Part shown: positions 35,169 through 38,190 of the stretch, piece after piece | Position numbering within the stretch: position 1 is the first letter of the stretch | Layout of the letters: each line of letters opens with the position of its first letter | Source of the DNA: an uncultured Dehalococcoidales bacterium | GTDB lineage: Bacteria; Chloroflexota; Dehalococcoidia; Dehalococcoidales; Fen-1064 | Assembly (NCBI GenBank): GCA_964354765.1 | Contig: CAYHBE010000001.1 | Location: 1-38,190, forward strand | Length of the DNA: 38,190 bases | Reading direction: 5' to 3' | Made by a program: the position numbers and the translations under genes | Notes under the pieces: generated by a model | What the model was told of the DNA's origin: nothing | Databases searched by the model: none | The model's input: the letters and a program-made list of their open reading frames with translations, nothing else

Positions 35169-36470
35169 TCAATCAGCTAATTTTATCTGTACCGGCGCGC
35201 GTTCGAAATCAGCGGCACTCAGGAGAGTTTGCGGGCGTAATTTCATTGACTTTGCTATGAACCTATCCGGGACAAGTTCGAGTCGGGCATTGTAGAAGCT
35301 GGCGATATTGTTGAAATAGTCCCGCGCCAGGGCGATGCGTTGTTCTGTCTCCGTCAACGATTGCTGCAATTTTAGAAATAGTTCGCTCGATTTCAAATCA
35401 GGGTATCGCTCTACTGTAACCTGGAGAGATGGCGAAAACCCGCTGTAATCAGGACCAGTTATGCCTGGGGGCGTGGCAGTCATTTGCTGGCGTAGTCTGG
35501 TCACCAGCTCCTGGACTTCTCTTTCGTGAGCTGCGTAACCTTCAACGGCTTCAATCAAATTTGGAATCAGGTCATAACGGCGCTTTAATTGTATATCAAC
35601 CTGTGCCCAGGCTTGCTGAACACGTTGCCGCACTCCTACGAGGCTATTAAAAACTGTCCATATCCACGCAATTGCTATAGTGAAAATGTATCCGCCAACC
35701 GCAATTACATACGGTTCCCAGTTCATGCGCAAAAGTAGCGGTCGGGTCAAATTACCTATCAATACGCCGGCGATAGCGAGTATTAATCCGAGTAACGCCC
35801 ATACCCAGAGCCAGATTCCATAACCCGTGCTAACCTGCTTCTCAGTCCGGGTAGACGTGATGAACAGTTGATTGTTTTTATCGTTAGCTACTTCGGCGGC
35901 GACGATATCCTCGCGCTGGCGCGCTTGACCCACAACGTAAAGCGGGGTGTGCAATGGAATCGCAGTTTCCTGGAAGCGACGGCGGTGGTCGGTGTTAGCA
36001 ATTTCGTTTGCCGGACCCTTGCCGAAATACAACGCATCGGTACGGGTCACAGTTTTATCGAATACTTCGTTGTCTTCAATTTTAGCACCCGCAGGCTGTA
36101 TGCGGATGATGCCGGTATCATCTTTGAGGTAGAATGGCGCAGAATCGCTGCCTTTGGCAACCGTTTTCCAGCCGCTCTCATGCCGCGTACGGGTGTGCGT
36201 CCCTTTCGAATCATGGTATGTCTCCACTACTGTCCGCGACCAGTGTTCATCGACGTGCCATTCATAAAGTACGCACGAGACTCCCGCCAACCGGCTGGTT
36301 AGCGGCGACTCGCTTTCTGCGGTACCTTTTAACTCCACAAGCCCGATGAATACACCCAGCACTTTGGAGGTGGGCAGGTCATCGATAAGGCGCTTCTTAT
36401 GGAAAAACCGGAAGGCGACTATCAAACAGACAAGAGCAGCTACAGCTCCGATAATGATTGCGATATTCAT
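35169..36470 (-). CDS. Fusion membrane protein: N-terminal GIDE-like (E3-ligase-like, TM-anchored) domain plus C-terminal LemA domain
   Basis: 433 aa. The N-terminal TM helix followed by IDDLPTSKVLGVFIGLVELKGTAESESPLTSRLAGVSCVLYEW resembles the GIDE domain. Central TM helices follow. The C-terminal half (NSLVGVRQRVQQAWAQVDIQLKRRYDLIPNLIEAVEGYAAHEREV..YFNNIASFYN) is a clear LemA domain. Confidence 0.75.
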   Translation of the reverse strand: MNIAIIIGAVAALVCLIVAFRFFHKKRLIDDLPTSKVLGVFIGLVELKGTAESESPLTSRLAGVSCVLYEWHVDEHWSRTVVETYHDSKGTHTRTRHESGWKTVAKGSDSAPFYLKDDTGIIRIQPAGAKIEDNEVFDKTVTRTDALYFGKGPANEIANTDHRRRFQETAIPLHTPLYVVGQARQREDIVAAEVANDKNNQLFITSTRTEKQVSTGYGIWLWVWALLGLILAIAGVLIGNLTRPLLLRMNWEPYVIAVGGYIFTIAIAWIWTVFNSLVGVRQRVQQAWAQVDIQLKRRYDLIPNLIEAVEGYAAHEREVQELVTRLRQQMTATPPGITGPDYSGFSPSLQVTVERYPDLKSSELFLKLQQSLTETEQRIALARDYFNNIASFYNARLELVPDRFIAKSMKLRPQTLLSAADFERAPVQIKLAD

Positions 36471-36480
36471 AATTGACTAA

Positions 36481-36509
36481 ATGATACTGGGCATTCGTAG
36501 TCGAGTCAA
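36481..36509 (-). promoter_or_regulatory. Near-consensus promoter placed for a leaderless GIDE-LemA mRNA
   Basis: Complement strand: TTGACT (36509-36504), a 17-nt spacer, then TATCAT (36486-36481), followed by only 10 nt (no SD) before the ATG at 36470. Confidence 0.45.
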
Positions 36510-36731
36510 GAAAAGCTCCATGTATATAGGCTGGAATAGCCCGGATAATCTTGATAATTTCGTTATACACTTCGTTAATATTTTATATCTGTGTAATTTT
36601 GCATATTCTAAAATTCTGATTGTAGGGTCGATGGCGAGGTAGTACTAAAATACCTGTTAAAGTAACCTAACTTTCCTATTGCCACTACGTTTTAATCACT
36701 AGAGAATAGAAGATCCAGGAGGACAACCGAA

Positions 36732-36839
36732 ATGGTTCGCAAGGTGGTCCGGAGGGTAGCATTCCGTCTCAAGTGGCTGACAATGTCAGAGCGGGCGCGC
36801 TATGCCTATTTTTGGGCGCGGACGCAGGAAAACTGGTAG
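36732..36839 (+). CDS. Orphan small ORF, 35 aa, highly basic and Trp/Arg-rich
   Basis: Below the ORF-track size cutoff. AGGAGG at 36717-36722, a 9-nt spacer, then the ATG. Translation: MVRKVVRRVAFRLKWLTMSERARYAYFWARTQENW-TAG. It is visibly GC-richer than the AT-rich flanks. No extension is possible in any frame. Confidence 0.4.
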   Translation: MVRKVVRRVAFRLKWLTMSERARYAYFWARTQENW

Positions 36840-36953
36840 ACGGCGTGTTACCTGTTAATCATGACCTCAAAATGTGGGTGACGCAATCCCTGCAAGCGTT
36901 TAATGCTTAGGGTTTGTTGAATATCAGTTTGGCTATTTTTATTAGTTTCATTC

Positions 36954-37637
36954 TCAGGATTTCTTCAAACGCTTTTTTACCGCTTCACTTTCAAGTTCTC
37001 TCAGTGCATCACTGCCAATCCATCTCGCCGATTTAGAATCCAGTGTTTTTAATTTCAAAGACGTCTCGATCGCTGCTCGATTTAAGCGTATGTTTCTTTT
37101 CCCGATGTTTCTCAGTGCCCAGTTTACAGATTTTTTCACAAAATTCCGCTCGTCAGTTGATGCCTGTACTATTAAAGGAAAAAGTTCAATAAACTTTTTA
37201 TCTTCAGTTTTCTTATCATGCCATGCCAGGCATGCAAGCAAAGAGAAAGCGGTACGTTTAACAAATTCCTCGGGCCGCTTTGCCCAATCGTCAATTTTCT
37301 TCCAGGCAAGAGGTGACTTTTCGAACAGGTTCATGCAAAGCTGGTCGCACACATCCCACGAGTCGATGTCTTTCACCCAGTCTTCGATCTGCTGCTCGGT
37401 TAACATCTTCGGGTCGTCCACCAGAGCTGCAAGAATTCTAGCCTCGGCAATACCGGTATCCCACAGCTTCAGCGCCAGCTCATGGTCTTTGCCAATTTCC
37501 TTCGCCATTTTTCTTAAGAAGGGCATTGATAATCCCAGCCTATTTTCCGTGGACATACCAAACCGCTTCATTCCGGCTAGCTGGTCTGGTCGTGCGTTCT
37601 CTTTAAGTTTTGAAATGATTTCTTTAAAAGTTTTCAT
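36954..37637 (-). CDS. DNA alkylation repair protein (AlkD/AlkC-like HEAT-repeat family)
   Basis: 227 aa. GMKRFGMS..LGLSMPFLRKMAKEIG..LALKLWDTGIAEARILA..SWDVCDQLC..FVKRTAF..NFVKKSVNWALRNIGKRN matches the DNA_alkylation family pattern. Confidence 0.8.
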   Translation of the reverse strand: MKTFKEIISKLKENARPDQLAGMKRFGMSTENRLGLSMPFLRKMAKEIGKDHELALKLWDTGIAEARILAALVDDPKMLTEQQIEDWVKDIDSWDVCDQLCMNLFEKSPLAWKKIDDWAKRPEEFVKRTAFSLLACLAWHDKKTEDKKFIELFPLIVQASTDERNFVKKSVNWALRNIGKRNIRLNRAAIETSLKLKTLDSKSARWIGSDALRELESEAVKKRLKKS

Positions 37638-37649
37638 TGTTGTCTCCAG

Positions 37650-38190
37650 CTATCTCTCTTTATCAATCCACAGCCTCTCCCCATCGGTTATCAATTCAAT
37701 TGTTCCGTTTAAGTCCGTGCGGTAGATGTTGTTTTCTCCGACTTCGGCAGCAAGTCTCGCCATTGTCTCTTTATTCGGGTGTCCATAGTCATTGGCAATG
37801 CCTACCGAAATTACGGCTACTTCCGGACTGACAGCGGTTAAAAATACAGCACTGCTTGCCGTATAAGAGCCGTGGTGGGCAACTTTAAGCACGGTACAAT
37901 CGAGCTGCGCCCTGTCCATGATCAGGTTAAGCTCTATTTCTTCGGTAATATCTGCTGTCAATAGAAAACTGATTTTCCCATCGTTTACTCTCAGTATTAT
38001 ACCGTCATTATCCATAGTTGTTTCGCTGGTTGTAGGTGATGCGATCACTTCTATCAAAGGATTTTCGTTCCCCAGGTATATTACCTGCCCAACCTGACAA
38101 ATGGTAACGTCGACATTCTTATCTTCAAGCAGGTTCTGCCATTCTTCCCAGAGAGCTGAATTGCTATCTGACTCGGTGTAAAGTACCTGT
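37650..38190 (-). CDS. MBL-fold metallo-hydrolase, ComEC/Rec2-related C-terminal domain. C-terminal part only; the 5' end lies beyond the window.
   Basis: The frame stays open from 38189 to the stop at 37650; the ORF-track M at 38057 is an internal TTG. ..VLKVAHHGSYTASS..VAVISVG..NDYGHPNKETMARL..IYRTDLNGTI is typical of ComEC-type beta-lactamase-fold domains. Confidence 0.75.
   Translation of the reverse strand, partial: QVLYTESDSNSALWEEWQNLLEDKNVDVTICQVGQVIYLGNENPLIEVIASPTTSETTMDNDGIILRVNDGKISFLLTADITEEIELNLIMDRAQLDCTVLKVAHHGSYTASSAVFLTAVSPEVAVISVGIANDYGHPNKETMARLAAEVGENNIYRTDLNGTIELITDGERLWIDKER

Noticed and set aside
36738-36775. GGTGGTCCGGAGGGTAGCATTCC resembles the SRP (4.5S) RNA helix-8 motif GGUCCGGAAGGAAGCAGC
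   Set aside because: The loop is GGAG, not a GNRA tetraloop. The flanking bases do not pair into the conserved symmetric/asymmetric loop helix, and no complementary 5'/3' closing stem is visible. The stretch lies inside a small ORF with a perfect SD. A covariance-model scan for SRP RNA would settle it.

Overview
This window is mostly conserved housekeeping genes around dnaA, so it probably includes the chromosomal origin region. I call about 38 protein-coding genes, one tRNA-Val(GAC) and one frameshifted gene. I found no transposase, integrase, CRISPR array, rRNA or recognisable defence system. Gene content and order (dnaA-obg-nadD, gyrB, hisS, relA/spoT, rpsT, plsY, ilvE, rplY; fmt-mazG, dksA-like-lspA-rluD, gltX; pcrA-mutL, glnA) look like a Chloroflexota/Dehalococcoidia-type genome, but that is inference only. 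Items worth a second look, in order of interest: (1) A gene missing from the ORF track (919..1170, complement) encodes a small thioredoxin-fold protein. It has an in-frame TGA exactly where the first Cys of the CxxC motif belongs, a consensus Shine-Dalgarno (SD) site, and a SECIS-like hairpin 17 nt downstream of the TGA. It is a candidate selenoprotein, and it sits in a five-gene ArsR / permease / Trx-like / secreted thioredoxin / CcdA cluster. (2) Phased heptanucleotide arrays of the form (CAAGNNN)n lie just 3' of gyrB, plsY and tRNA-Val, with an A-rich variant after an SDR gene. (3) Five degenerate direct repeats (CTCGATTCGTYYTG) lie between tRNA-Val and a PspC operon, and the last copy forms the 3' coding end of a gene. 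(4) An orphan 35-codon, very basic, Trp/Arg-rich small ORF with a perfect SD sits in a 480-bp AT-rich gap next to a GIDE-LemA fusion gene. (5) Smaller items: a perfect consensus promoter driving a small protein convergent on glnA, a homopolymer frameshift in a nucleotidyltransferase gene, apparently leaderless promoters, and weak oriC evidence. All functional calls come from reading the translations and motifs by eye; no database search was possible.
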